Made by a program: the position numbers and the translations under genes. Below are positions 40,126 through 52,270 of a stretch of 64,000 bases of DNA, in pieces. The notes under the pieces are model-generated. The model had not been told where the DNA came from. It ran no database searches and worked only from the letters and a program-made list of their open reading frames with translations. Position 1 is the first letter of the stretch; every line of letters starts with the position of its first letter. Source of the DNA: Lama guanicoe (Eukaryota); assembly GCA_013239625.1 (NCBI GenBank), contig MU054323.1:4504214-4568213 (forward strand), read 5' to 3'.

Positions 40126-41083
40126 GAAAATTTGGATTATACACAGAAATACAGGTTCCCTCTCCCACTCTCAAATGTCATTATGTACTGTGGGAAAGAG
40201 TTTCAAAATTCTGGGGGTTTAGGGCCAGGGGATGCAATTCTTAAAGACTGAAAATGGCACACGGCTCCTTATCACATTACGAGTAGTGACTTTTACTCTA
40301 AGAGGTATGTATACTGCAACAGGAAATAGAAGATTTAAGAAAATCAATGGTTGATCCATAAGGAGTTATTTAGAGACCACTGACATATTCTTCAAGTGAG
40401 TGCATCTCTCCTTTGAGGCCAGCTTCCCAAAGAAAGAACATTCCCTTGGTCCCACAGGTGCTGGGTCTAAGATTCAGAGGGTTATGGGATTCTATTGCCA
40501 TATTTTTTAAAAAATTCTTTCCTCCCTCTTTTTTTTGGTGTTAAATGGTTTCTAAGAGCAGCTCCGTTTCCATTTCTGCTTTTCTTTTCTGGGCTGTTAT
40601 TTCAGAATTAGCTCAGTGCAGTTAGTAATAGTTGTCAAGATGAGAGAGAATTACTTTTTAAAAGACTTCCTTAGATTTTTTTTCCTCTTAACCTTCCTTT
40701 TCACATCAGCTATTTCCATAGCTAATAAATTTTAACTGTGAAAATTGCTTTGATCAATTATGTATTTAGGTTTTTCATAAACATGCTGATTTTATTACTT
40801 ATGGAAACGATTAGGAACACATTTGTGTTGGATTTCTCCTGTATTGTCCCATGTGAATTCTTTATGTTTACAGAGATGGTTCTATTTATGGATTTTATGA
40901 GAATCTTGCAGATATTTTTATTTTCATGAAATAAATAAAGATGTAGGTATTGTTTAAAAAAATATTTTCAACACATTTATATCCATGCTGGCAAATAATG
41001 GGCTAGAAATGCAGCAAACCTCTAATTCAAGATGAACAGTTCTACACCTACCCCTCCACCCCATCACAGGTGGTGCTCAGGGT

Positions 41084-41102
41084 TGCCTCTAGGTGGCAGC
41101 AA
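41084..41102 (+). promoter_or_regulatory. CTCF core motif
   Basis: TGCCTCTAGGTGGCAGCAA is close to the CCASYAGRKGGCRSY consensus. Confidence 0.6.
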
Positions 41103-42088
41103 GAATGTTGCAAATTGCACCTACAAACTAACACCAACAGCATAATTAAAAAGAAAGGACAAATTAAAAATAGCCTCATTGTCATGTTCAAAGTACTGTA
41201 TATTTAGCTTTGGGCAACAGATTTATTTTAAAAGACAAAAAAAGAGCAAGTGTGACGTGCATCTGGGAATGGAAATTAGATAACCTCACAACACAAAGGG
41301 CAAAAGACAATACCCTATTACTTTTAGATGACCGGATTTAGGAAGCAGACAATAAGACGTTTTCTAAGTGATTCAGTTGGCACTGAGGGTGGCCCAAAGG
41401 CACGTGGCAAAAGCTGTCTCTAACTGTGTTTTGCTTGTGTCATTTCAGCTCCATTTTCCACAGCAATGAATTCAGAATGCTGAGCACATGCAAACCACAG
41501 ATTTAGGCTACCCGGTACATTTTAGAAAAAATCAAGTGCACTCTGAAGGAAAAATATGCCCTGTATTATTTTTCCAACTTGTTCTTTGGCTTTTGTATTG
41601 TTTATCATTTTAAGCCAGAAGGAAAGAATCCTCGTCTTATACCACGTGTCAGGAATGTCACGACCTCTGAGTGACGGGGCACTCACGTTGCCTCAAGCCT
41701 CTCTCCATACTGACCAAGCTGAGTTATCTGGGAAGTGAGGTGAGGGGTAAGCAGGGAGTGTTAACTCCTACTGGCCAACTTCAGAGATGGATCATGGGAC
41801 GATTTTCTGGCGACTCACTGATAGGTGGTGGGAAAACTGACTTGTGCCGTGTGGTAAGGTAGAAGGAGGCAAAGGGGCTGGGAAAAAAAAATCCAGAATG
41901 AAGAAATAGCCTAAGCATTAGCAGCCAGGAAATGCAGCTCAGTCCCTGCAAGGAGCAATGATCTGTTAAGCACTCATAATATATGTGTCTTGGTATGAGT
42001 GATATGAAAGGATTGAAAGCTTATGTAACAGAGGAGCACCCCTCGCCATTAAAAAGGAATTAACTGATCTCAAGGATGGCTCCTCTGC

Positions 42089-42452
42089 TGCTATGCTGTG
42101 GATGTTTGTGTCCCCCAGCCCCTAAATTTCGTGTTTTGAAACCTAATCCTCACTGTAATGATACCTGAAGGCGCAGACCTTGGGAGGTGACTAGGTCCTG
42201 AAGGTGGTGCCCTCAGGGGTAGGATCAGTGTCCTTACAAAAGAGATCCCACGGCGCACCCTTTCCCTGTCCTCCAAGTGATTGAAAAGAAAGCCGTCTGT
42301 GAACCAGGAAGTGAGCCCTCACTAAACAGTCAATCTGCTGGCACTTTGATCTTGGACTTCCAGCCTTCAGAGCTGTGGGAGATACATTTCTGTCGTTTGT
42401 TGGACACGCAGTTTATGGCACTCCGGCATTGCAGCCCGAACAGACGAAGACA
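42089..42452 (+). mobile_element. Solo MaLR LTR (MLT1A/A0-like)
   Basis: 364 bp, tgctatg...aagaca; ctgctggcactttgatcttggacttccagcc; 5-bp TSD tctgc / cctgc. Confidence 0.92.
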
Positions 42453-43059
42453 CCTGCAACGTGCTGAATTTCAAACACTGATTTCTATAGTCAGATTGCA
42501 TACCTAATATGCTGATTGCTGATGTCACCCTCTGAAATGTCATCTGGAAGTCCCTACGTTGTCGCCTACAGATTGCGGGCACCTGCTTAGACACGGTAGA
42601 TCTCATCTGTGATGATTTCCTGACTTGAAATTGACTTCTGAAAATGAGTGAGGGGGAGATTGGAGGAGTAAGTGTTGCCAGGCATTGTGCATTTCATATC
42701 CCCTCCCCTCGTCTCCGAAAGTTCAAAAGGGTGCAAGTGCAAAGGGCATCATTCCTCTCTCCTTATCTTATCTTGGTAGATCACTTTGTTTTTATCAATG
42801 TCCCTTTCTGTTTTGGTGGTATGGGACGAACAGCAGGATTAGGGAATTGCCAAATGGCATGGGAAATATGAAATCAAAGTTGGAGGGGAGATGGTCAGGT
42901 GGAGTGATTAATTTTCTTTGTATAGCTAGCACTGACACGCCAGAGGACAGAGACTGGAGTTCTAAGTGGAGAAGGTGGCTGTAGTTCTCCTGCATTCCCT
43001 GAGAGTGGGTCACAGTGATGTACTGAACGGCAGAAAGAGAGTAACTCCCCAGCTCGTGT

Positions 43060-43671
43060 TGTGGCAGGTTGTTTTGTCTTGCCTTATTTTTGCCTGTGTT
43101 AAGGATGACCCTGAATTTCATCCCAGGTCCCCTGCAGGGACTTAGGGGATGTGGCCAAGGCCCGACACAGACTGCTAGAGCCAGAGTTTGATTTCTGAGA
43201 ATGCGGCAGTCCAGGTAGGGTAGGAGGAATGGGCTGCGCCAGGTTCAGGCTGGAGTTTGATAGGGAAGTTTGCCCCTCGGATGCTAAGTAGACCGAAAGC
43301 CCAGAGGCCAGGAGTGTATCAGGACTGAAGAGTGGAGCCAGGAGCTCTGAGTTGGCAGAGACTGGATAGGAGAGAGAGAGAGCAGGTAGGGAGCGAGGGA
43401 GGAGGCTCTGAACAATCACAGCAAACAGCTTCGGGCAAGTGCACTGCTGCGCTGTCAGCTGGTGGGTGGCCGTGTGAGAAAGACCCTGGCTGTCTGAGTA
43501 GGCCAGATCCCTCTCTCCAAGCAGCAAATGTATTTAAGTCACCTGTGGAGCAGGGAAGTTCCTGCACCTTTGGGAACCGAGGAATTAACATTTCCACCTT
43601 GGCACACCCTCGGATTTTTGACACCGAGTGACTTGATATAAACTGTCATCTCTCGGAGACAACGTGACAAC
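43060..43671. mobile_element. Probable old solo LTR (possibly MamGypLTR-like)
   Basis: tgtggcagg...aca ends, about 610 bp, GC-richer than flanks, GA-rich core; family call is tentative. Confidence 0.4.
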
Positions 43672-46203
43672 AAATACTGCTGATCATTTCATTCTGAACT
43701 GCTCCTGGATGGTGGAGGTAATTAGATACATGCCTGTTGGAGGCTTTACTGATACAGCATGAAGTGTATGGGAATTTGCTTTGAAGGAGGGGAACAATTA
43801 GAGATGGAGATTTACAGAAGACTGTAAGAGGCAGGGGGTCTCTTATGTTTTATTTCCTAAAGCCAAAAAAAGCATTTCTATAAAATCCCTACTTAACTCA
43901 CATTCTTAAGCTAGAGATCGAGGCTTCTAAGTATAGGCAAGACTTAGAATCAATCAACCCTGGGACTCTGCAGAGACCCAAGTCTCATTCTAAGGAAAAT
44001 GCATAGAGATGCCTGTGTCTGTAGTATAATTGATAGTTTGGGTTCCCAGACACAGCTTTCAAGGAAGTCAGCACTGGGGAAAATAATTAAATTGTTCTTT
44101 TCTCAGGTAAGGCAATAGCCACTGTGTATCCAAGGAGGGGTTTACGCAGGTGGTGTTGGAGCACCTCCTTCCCCGCTCTTTGCTATGAGGTGACACGACT
44201 TAGTGTCCCAAAACGTACATTCAGTTGAAACTTCATTAACTGTTGCCCTTTCCTTAATCTCCCACGTGCGTGATTCCGTGGATGGTCAGCCACACAATAC
44301 ATGTGTTCTTTGGACCCAAGGAAGTCATGCCATGTTTTGGTATCGTTCCTGCTAAAGACAACTTGAAAGCTTTCAAGGTTTCCAACCTTCTGGCATCCCC
44401 GTTTTCTCTGAAACTTTGTTTAAATATTGAATCTCCCATTCTGCATGACCAGAAATTATTAAATTATTATAATTATCATGGATCCCCTTAAGATTTCTGT
44501 GCTTCCTTGATGGGGAGCTAACGAATCCAGAGTACTTCCTGCAACCTTTTAATCTTACCTTAGGCTCTCCTTTCTCTCCTAATCACCTCTGGTGGTTTCT
44601 GAACTTTTTCTGGTCCACTTCATCCCCTAGGACTCAGAGAGGTATAGGAGAATTTACTTCCAAGATATCACTAATGAAGGTTGTTACGTTTAATTTCTAA
44701 GGTGTGAGGATAACATAAGGGAATCGGAATGCAGAAAGAAAATCTTAAAAATAGGTATTATGTATGACAGCTCCTAAATTTCACCATCCCTTCCTCTTCG
44801 CAGGGACCTCGACAGGAATTTCTATGACGTGGGACATAGGGTGTTCTAGAACATGGCCCTCCCTCAGATCACAGCTCCCTCCTGAGTCCTTCTTGCCATA
44901 TTCCAGGGTTCTCTGTATGAACTCCCCCAAATCTACAGCGTCCTACCTTGAAGCTAATTTATTGTTGAGACCATTTTTTCTCCTCTTTGTCTCAGCCTCA
45001 GGTCCTTTTACCGCCAGGCTTTAGCAAATCCAATGAGCGCATTAAAATATTTTTCCTAAACAAAAGGAGAATGAAGCTAAAGAATAATTCTGCTTTCCCT
45101 TCTATTTCACAATAATGTCAGTCACATGAACTACAGGTAGCTTTAAAAATAGCAATTTTTGCATCGCCCCTGATTAATAACAGTAGTAATCGTGTGAATG
45201 AATCCCCCCAGTTTCATCTGTAATCTCAGTGATACTGACCATCCTTTCACTTCACATCTGTCAGCATCCCTTTTCCGTTTCCCTTAACAACTTTAACCAT
45301 TTGTCATTCTACTTGGAACCCGCTACTCAAACCTCAGTCGCAGAATTTGCAACACAGATTTTCTTTTTAATTTTGGGGGGAAAGTGGGCAGATTTTGCAT
45401 GATCACCCTCCACTTCCAGCTTTTTGGCTTCAGACTTGAAACTTACCTGTGCTCTCGCCACAGTTATTTCTTGCCTTGTAATCTCAGAGGGGGAGCTGCC
45501 TACCGAAGGGCAGATCTCTATGCTCTGGATTTCACGTTTTCCCTGTGATCATCCTAGGCTTGTTGCTTCCTGATCCACTCACTTTCTCTTGTTTTCCATC
45601 TGTCCGCTGTACCGCCAGCCACACCCTAGTTTATTCTTGATTTTATACTAGTATTGACCCGTGCTTACATTACTGGGTTGAATCCACTTGGTCTCAAATG
45701 CAGAATTCTTTGTGCTTTTTGTATTTTATGCTTTGATTTTCCACCTAAATTCTACCTAGTAGTATTTTATTTAATATTTTTTCATCTATCTTTTTCAGGG
45801 ATATTAACTTACAGTTTTTAACTTTTGGTGCTGTCTTATTTTGTTTTTATATCACAGTTTTGCTGATCTTTTAAGTTTTGTTGGGAAACTTTCCATCAAT
45901 ATAGTACTCAGTAATTAACTGGGTGAGTGGAATGAGGATCTGGAGAAATTTTAATACATAAGTATAAACTATTTCCAAAAAATGTGGCAGAACACAGCAG
46001 TAAAAGTATGCTTAGTGATACTTTAGAGACATGTTATTGACAACTTTCCAATATTTTAAATAGAGGTTTGTTTATTCAGTTTTATCATCCTTGGATGAAT
46101 TTAAACGATTTGTTCTGTTCATTACTTTTCATGTTGAATTTTAATTTTTATAGTAAAATTTCTATACATTTTTTCTAACTGTTAGTCTCTTCCTGGTGTG
46201 TAT

Positions 46204-46204
<1 letters not shown>

Positions 46205-46236
<32 letters not shown>
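46205..46236. repeat. (CA)16 microsatellite
   Basis: Read directly from the sequence. Confidence 0.98.
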
Positions 46237-46237
<1 letters not shown>

Positions 46238-47233
46238 CTTGGTTTCTCATTTCCACGTGCTCACTGCTAAATCATATCTTAGGTCTCATTCTTGTTATTA
46301 GAACATAGTATTTTGTTAGTTGATTGGATGCTATTTGTTTAATAAGGAATTTATCTATTTAAATTTATGGTGAATGCAGTTTACTTTTACCATCTTGTAT
46401 TTGTTATTTGACTTTTCTCTGTTTTGTTTTGTTGTTAATTTCTTTCCTCTTCTCTGTCTTATTTTAGATGAACAGGGGTTAATTTTTAAAATTTTCTCCT
46501 ACTGGCAGCATAACAGTTGTACATGCTAATTATCCCTCTAGTGGTTATCATAAACATTTTAACATGCATTTTCAACCTTTTATTTTTTATTAATATCCAG
46601 GATTAAATTTTAGTTGCATCGTCCCCTCGATAAGACAGAAGACTTCACATGCTTATACTTACCTGACTTTTTCTTCCTTGGTCGCTTCCTACGTTTGGTA
46701 TTTGATTTTAAGGGTTTTTTTTGTTTTTTTTGTTTTGTATTATAGGTCACCGAGCTTTACTGTGTTACTAATGTCTTTAGTCTTATATCCCATATTTTCT
46801 AATTCTTGGATTTATTTTTAATTTTGATGGAATATATAACCAAGAGCATGCATACATAAAACATTTTCATGACCATGGCCACGTGAAAATATCTGAGCTT
46901 AGGTCTTTCCTAAGTGCTACTTGTATAGGTATACAGTTTTAGGTTTGAGATAATTTTCTGTCAAACCTTTACAGAGACAACTATCTTCCAACGTCTATGA
47001 TGCTAATAATGATTTGTTTTATCTTTTTAGTTTGAATATGTATTCTTTTTCCTCTGACCATGTTTTTGGCTTTAACATTTTATTGAAGTTCTAAAATTTC
47101 ACTTCCCTTCGGTATGTTGAAATGTCATCTTTTTTTTTTCCTTTTCTCTTTGTCTTCCTTGAAACTCTGTTTTGTTTGTTGGTTTCTTTTCAATGTAAAA
47201 GCTAATGCCTTCCCTACAATGTAGAAAAGTCAA

Positions 47234-47322
47234 TTTTCCTTTTTTTTTTTTTTTTTTTATTATTTTTTTTTTTCCTTTTTTTTTAATAAATTTATTTTTT
47301 TTTTTTTTTTTTTTTTTTTTTT
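47234..47322. repeat. Interrupted poly-T tract (~90 bp)
   Basis: Read directly from the sequence. Confidence 0.95.
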
Positions 47323-47500
47323 GTATTATATCTCACCTCAATTATATTCTTTCTTTTCTGGAAATCCTATTAACTATCTAATGGAACTCTGGACCTATCT
47401 TCTATGTCACTTAAACTTTCTGTCATATAGTTGATTAATACACTGCCTTCTGGCAGGATTTTTGGCTCATTTTTCCAACTCTGTATTTGTTCCTTACTTA

Positions 47501-48207
47501 TACTGGGGAAATATGATTTAAAGCAAACCTTCCTAACACCCAAGAGAAACTCTTGACCAGAGTAGAAGAGAAAGAAAAAAATGTTTTTATTATTAAATAA
47601 GCATTAAACCAAGAATGTGATGTGCATCACCGGTAACCTTCTAAGAGTTGGCAAACACAGAAAGAAATCTCACCTTTTCATGTAACAGACACAGCCCATT
47701 ACACCCATGTTCTCAAGATAAGTAATAACTAGTCTGCAAGTAAGAGGACTTGCAGCATCATTTGTCACGCGCAAGTCATCTTAAATTTACTTGGTAGTTG
47801 GCGTGACCATCTGTGTTGGCTAATTGGCTTTATCCAAAGGGGAGAAGAAAGGAAACCTCATATTTTTATCACAGAAGGTAATTTTACAGCGTGGCGGGAG
47901 CCTAAGCTGGGCTTCCATCCTCCCACAGAACCTGGGAGTTACAGTGCTTGCTCTCCTTTCGAATGGTTACATTTCAAAGACGTGGCCCTCAGGCCTTGAT
48001 GAAGATATTCCTGGGTTGTAAAGTGGGCAAGAGTTTTATTTAGCTTTTTAAAAGATCTTCATACATTTCACAGAGACTGAAAAAGAACTTGGAATTACAC
48101 GTTTTCCAAAGTAAATGATCTAAGAAAAGAGAGGAAGGGAGTCTATGTCTTTATTTTCAACAGAGAGGATTTAGCCTCTTATTTTAAATTTATCTTTGCC
48201 CTTGCAG
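47501..48207 (-). mobile_element. Solo ERV1-class LTR (MER67-like) inserted in the old L1
   Basis: Minus strand begins tgcaagggcaaagataaatttaaaataagaggctaaatcctctctgttgaaaataaag; AATAAA near the far end; L1 text resumes on both sides. Confidence 0.65.
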
Positions 48208-48899
48208 TTGTGACTTTACTTTTATTTTTCAAGATCTCTAATTGGTTCTTTTTATTTTAGCAGCCTCTTCTTATTTTATGAATGTGCTAATTGTTTGAAG
48301 TTCTCTGAAAATATCAGATTTGCTTAATTTGTGTTTATCCTTTGCTTACACTTTTCAGTCTGTTTTTCAGCTCATTGGGTTTAGTTGGGTGCCTCTCACT
48401 GACGGTTTCTTAACCATATTTTTTGAGAGTCTCAGATTGCTTCCTTGTGAATGGATGCTCTGTCTACAGGAGTTTGCTTTCTCAGTGTGTCGGAGGGGAA
48501 GGATGTGCTGATGTGTGGGATTTGCTGACAATTTGTAATCTGGGGTTTAGGGTCCTTGTACTTCTTGGATTAGGAAGCCCTCTGTCCCCCACCAGCCTGA
48601 TTTCGCATATTCTCCTCTGCTTTAGCTGTTTACAAGGCAGGTAATGAACACTGTGAAACTCAAGCTGGAGAGGTGGAAGGGATACACAGACCTAGTTATT
48701 TCCATACAGTTCTAATAACAGTCTTCTTGAACATTATTTCCAGGTCGTTTCCAGCTCCTTATGCCTTGTGACCTGATTTGCGTTCCCTGTGCTTGGCACA
48801 TTTAGTTATCCACTCATCAGAGTGGATAACTGTTTCTTAACTACCAGGACCTTCTTTCGGGGGGAGCTACTATGTGTCCAGCCCCAGAGTTTGAATGAT

Positions 48900-49330
48900 G
48901 GTTCATTTATCTTATCATAGCAGGCTTTATTGTTTTTGTCTGTGCTTAGTCAAGAAGAGAACATGTAACCAAATCTGCCTGCAGAGAGCATAAGAACTGA
49001 AGGGTTCTTATGTGTGCCTTGGTCTCCGGGAAAGATTTTTCTCCTTCCGTTACAAGAGAAAAGAAATAAACAAGAAGAAAATCTTTCTTCCCCTGCACTC
49101 CTTTGTCCTGCATATTTCCTATGTCAGGAAATAGTGTTTAGAGCTATAAGAAACTTTATACAACCTTGACAACAGAAAATATTAGCTGATGAGGAATACA
49201 AGAAGGGCCTGAGGGTCCCCGATGGTGTAGTGGAGCCATGGAACCAACCTGGAATGGACTTTATCCCGAATTTGTTGCAGGTGAATTGATTATATGACTC
49301 TCCCCCCTGCCTTATTTGCAGCTCCAAGCG
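48900..49330 (+). mobile_element. Old ERVL/MaLR LTR fragment
   Basis: agaagggcctgagggtccccgatggtgtagtggagccatggaaccaacctggaatggac. Confidence 0.55.
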
Positions 49331-49619
49331 TGGTCTACTCCACTCACTATCTCTACTTCAACAGCCCTTGTTTTTCTGCATGTTTTGTAATTTTCTACTT
49401 TATTTCCCTGTAAATGTGATATGATCTCCTTTTTCAACATCCAAGAGTTCCTCATTCTTGATCTGATTTGAGGCACTTTCCATATTTGCAGCCTTTTAAT
49501 AGATTTCTTCCAAATAGCAATCATAAAAAAATGTTGTACATACGACCTTTCTGACATGGAAGGGGTTTTGAGCAGAATGAGTCTGTAGAGAAATATGCCC
49601 CGTCTGCTGTCTTCCTACA

Positions 49620-49900
49620 CTTGTCTGCTTCCAGCTGATGCTCACCCAAACCTTCCTGACTTTCAAGAATCTTCTCTGTTGTCATCTCCCCTCATAATCT
49701 TTCTGTGATCTCTCCAAATTTCCATTGTATCCTATGTGCACCTCGACCATACTTACTACACAGCACTGAAATCATCTTCCCTAAGTCTGTCCTCTCCTTG
49801 CTGGGGAAGCCCTCCTTTACCTGCTAGGCATTATTCCTGTTTCAGTTTTGCAGAGTGACTTATTCATGGTCATCCCTCAAAACGCTTTGTTAAGTTGAAC
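49620..49900 (+). mobile_element. L2 3' fragment
   Basis: aatcttctctgttgtcatctcccctcataatctttctgtgatc...catacttactacacagcactgaaatc. Confidence 0.55.
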
Positions 49901-50604
49901 ATAGTCTGACTCTTGAGGGGCTTATTTTCTACAAGGGGCTTAAAATCTACCATGATACTTCTTCTCAAATTTTGAATTTCCCTTCTTGATTGATCCAACT
50001 TGCACCTGAGAGATTGATACTTAGATCTTCAGCATAAACCTTTCATGGAGAATTTCACACATATAACTAAAAAGTGACCTTCTTCCTCTTTCCCTTAGTT
50101 TCTTTTTGTGTTCCTTTGTTTATAAATTAAATTGTGTCTTGAAGTTCTTATTGGTGTGATAGTAAATAAATCACAAGTAAAATTTCCAGGCAACTGTGTT
50201 CAATTTGATTGTTTTCACCTCAAGTTTCAAGTTCACAAAACCTTCACTGAAACATAGTATGTGTTGAGCTTTGTGCTAAACGTGTGTATAGATGTCAATT
50301 TATCTTTGTAAGGGAACACATCTATATTTTTATCTACAGTTGAATCTATGTGTACATCTGTGTAGCTATGTCTACACCTACATCTATGCCTATTCTATGT
50401 CTATATTTACATCTATATCTATAAAGTTAAATAGACATAGAGATTGATAGACATAATGATTGATTCATTTCTAAATTTCAATGCAAATATGTTAAAAAGT
50501 GACGTGATTTTTTTTTCTAAGTCTTTTTCTTAAAAGAACAAAAACATATCATATAAACAGGTAAATCTATTAAGGGATCTATATTGGTGAAATTAGTAAG
50601 ATCT

Positions 50605-50969
50605 ACGCTCTTAATCAGCTGGGCTACTATAACAAAGATATCATAGACAAGGTGGTTTATTCACAACAAAAACTGTTTTTCTCACAGTTTTGGAGGCTAC
50701 AAATCTGAGACTGGGGTCCCAGCATGGTCAAGTTCTGATGGGTTCTTTTCCGGACTGTAGACTTCGGAGAGCAGAGCGGGGCAAGCATGTGCTCTTGTCT
50801 CTTATAAGAGCACTAATCCCATTCACGAGGGCTCCCCCCTCTTGACCTCATCCAATCATATCCAAAAGGCCCCGCCTCCTAATGCCGTCCCTTCTTATAT
50901 GAGAGGAGGAGTGTAGGGTTTCATTGTATAAATTTTTGGGTTGGGGACACAGACATTTAGTTCATAACA
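50605..50969 (-). mobile_element. Solo MaLR LTR (MLT1A-like)
   Basis: gggctactataacaaa...ttctcacagttttggaggct...cttataagagcactaatcccattcacgagggctcc...ttcataaca. Confidence 0.9.
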
Positions 50970-51400
50970 GATTGTAACAGACAATCCTTGAGATTTGAGG
51001 AGCTTCATACATAGAAATTTGCTTCTTGCTCAAATCTAATCAGTGACAGTTCGGCAAAGGAAGCAGTGATGTCCATGCAGTAATTCAGGAATCCAGTCTA
51101 CAACAGGTCTGTTACATTTGATACGTGGTTTATAAGTCACCTGAACCAAAAAAGTTTAGGAGGCAGATGGGAGAGAGAAAGAGAAAGTTAAAGAAAGAGA
51201 GGAAGAGATAGAGAAAAATTGTGCATGTGCACGCGATGGTGGTTTGTTGCTGGGATCTGAAAGCAGCATACCTCATTTTCCTCATTTGGGTGGAACATGG
51301 AAGATGGCAGCTGGTTGCAGAGGAGGCGGGGATGAGCATAGCTGTGTGCAAGAAGGAAGAGCCTTAGGTTCTGATGAAGGAACTACAGGCTCTGCCACAT
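50970..51400 (-). mobile_element. Older MaLR LTR fragment (MLT1J/K-like)
   Basis: tgtaacagacaatccttgagatttgaggagcttcatacatagaaatttgcttcttgctca...ttctgatgaaggaactacaggctctgccaca. Confidence 0.55.
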
Positions 51401-52009
51401 CTGGCCGAGGGCAAAGATGGTGTGAGTGGTTCAGGCACAGCTTCTGCTTTTCTCTGCTAACTTTGTCTCATCTCCATTTGTTTTAATAAAACTTTCCTAA
51501 TCAGGCCAGCTTGGGGAAATTGACCAGACTAATACATACAAAGTCAGAAGCAGAAATGGGTACTTACTCAGCAGGTGGCTCTCCTCAAATTCTCTGAGCT
51601 CCAATGATCAGTATATGAGAATGTATTTTCTCTTATTAGCCTCTGTAATGAGCCACCAGTCAACAAAGATGCAGTGCATCAGTTGATTTTTTTTTTCCCC
51701 TTAGTTTAATGAGGAAAGAGAAAGAAGTTATTTTGTGGATGTTGTAACCATTAGCCAACTGCAAAGTTTTTTCCAGGATAAACTGGAGGACCCGCGCGGA
51801 GGTAGTGTTGACTTGTTACGGGGATTTTCTAGGCTTTCCTTTATTCCTAATTTTCAATAAAGCTAATAAAGATCATTGTGAGGTATTGATAAGAAAAGCA
51901 CCTAAGAAATGAACATACAACGCTTGAAGAATTAGGGGAGATTAAATGTAGACACTTTTTTCTTCTAAGCAGAGAAAACAGGATTTTATTTCTCTTATTC
52001 TCCAGTCCT

Positions 52010-52270
52010 ATGGCATGGTAGTGTGGATGGATAACAGGCTTAGTGTTTAAGACATAATTAGATTTGAAGCCTTAATTTGCCCCTTACAGATACTATGCAT
52101 TTGAGAAGTGACCTACATTTCCTGAGCCTCGATTATTAGGTCTTTCAAATCGATATAACTGTGTTTCCCTGGAGTATATTTACATGACTGAACTGTTGCA
52201 AGGATTCCACCCAACGAGTTGGAGCACCTGCCACGGCACCCGAGTCCCGGTAAGGACTCTGGAAATGATA
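52010..52270 (+). mobile_element. MIR SINE
   Basis: ggcatggtagtgtggatgga...gtgacctacatttcctgagcctcg...ctgttgcaaggatt...gcacctgccacggcacc. Confidence 0.7.

Larger units (their letters stand above)
45640..47500 (-). mobile_element. Old L1 fragments (antisense)
   Basis: T-rich L1-like text: aatccacttggtc, ttttcagggatattaacttacagttt, tctggaaatcctattaac...gaactctggacctatcttctatgtc. Confidence 0.65.

Noticed and set aside
39781..40251. 156-aa ORF (longest ungapped)
   Set aside because: Non-ATG start, overlaps an L2 3' end, no recognisable domain.
43099..43631. Overlapping 99-142 aa ORFs on both strands
   Set aside because: They lie in a GC-richer, probably LTR-derived segment where stops are rarer, and I recognise no protein similarity.
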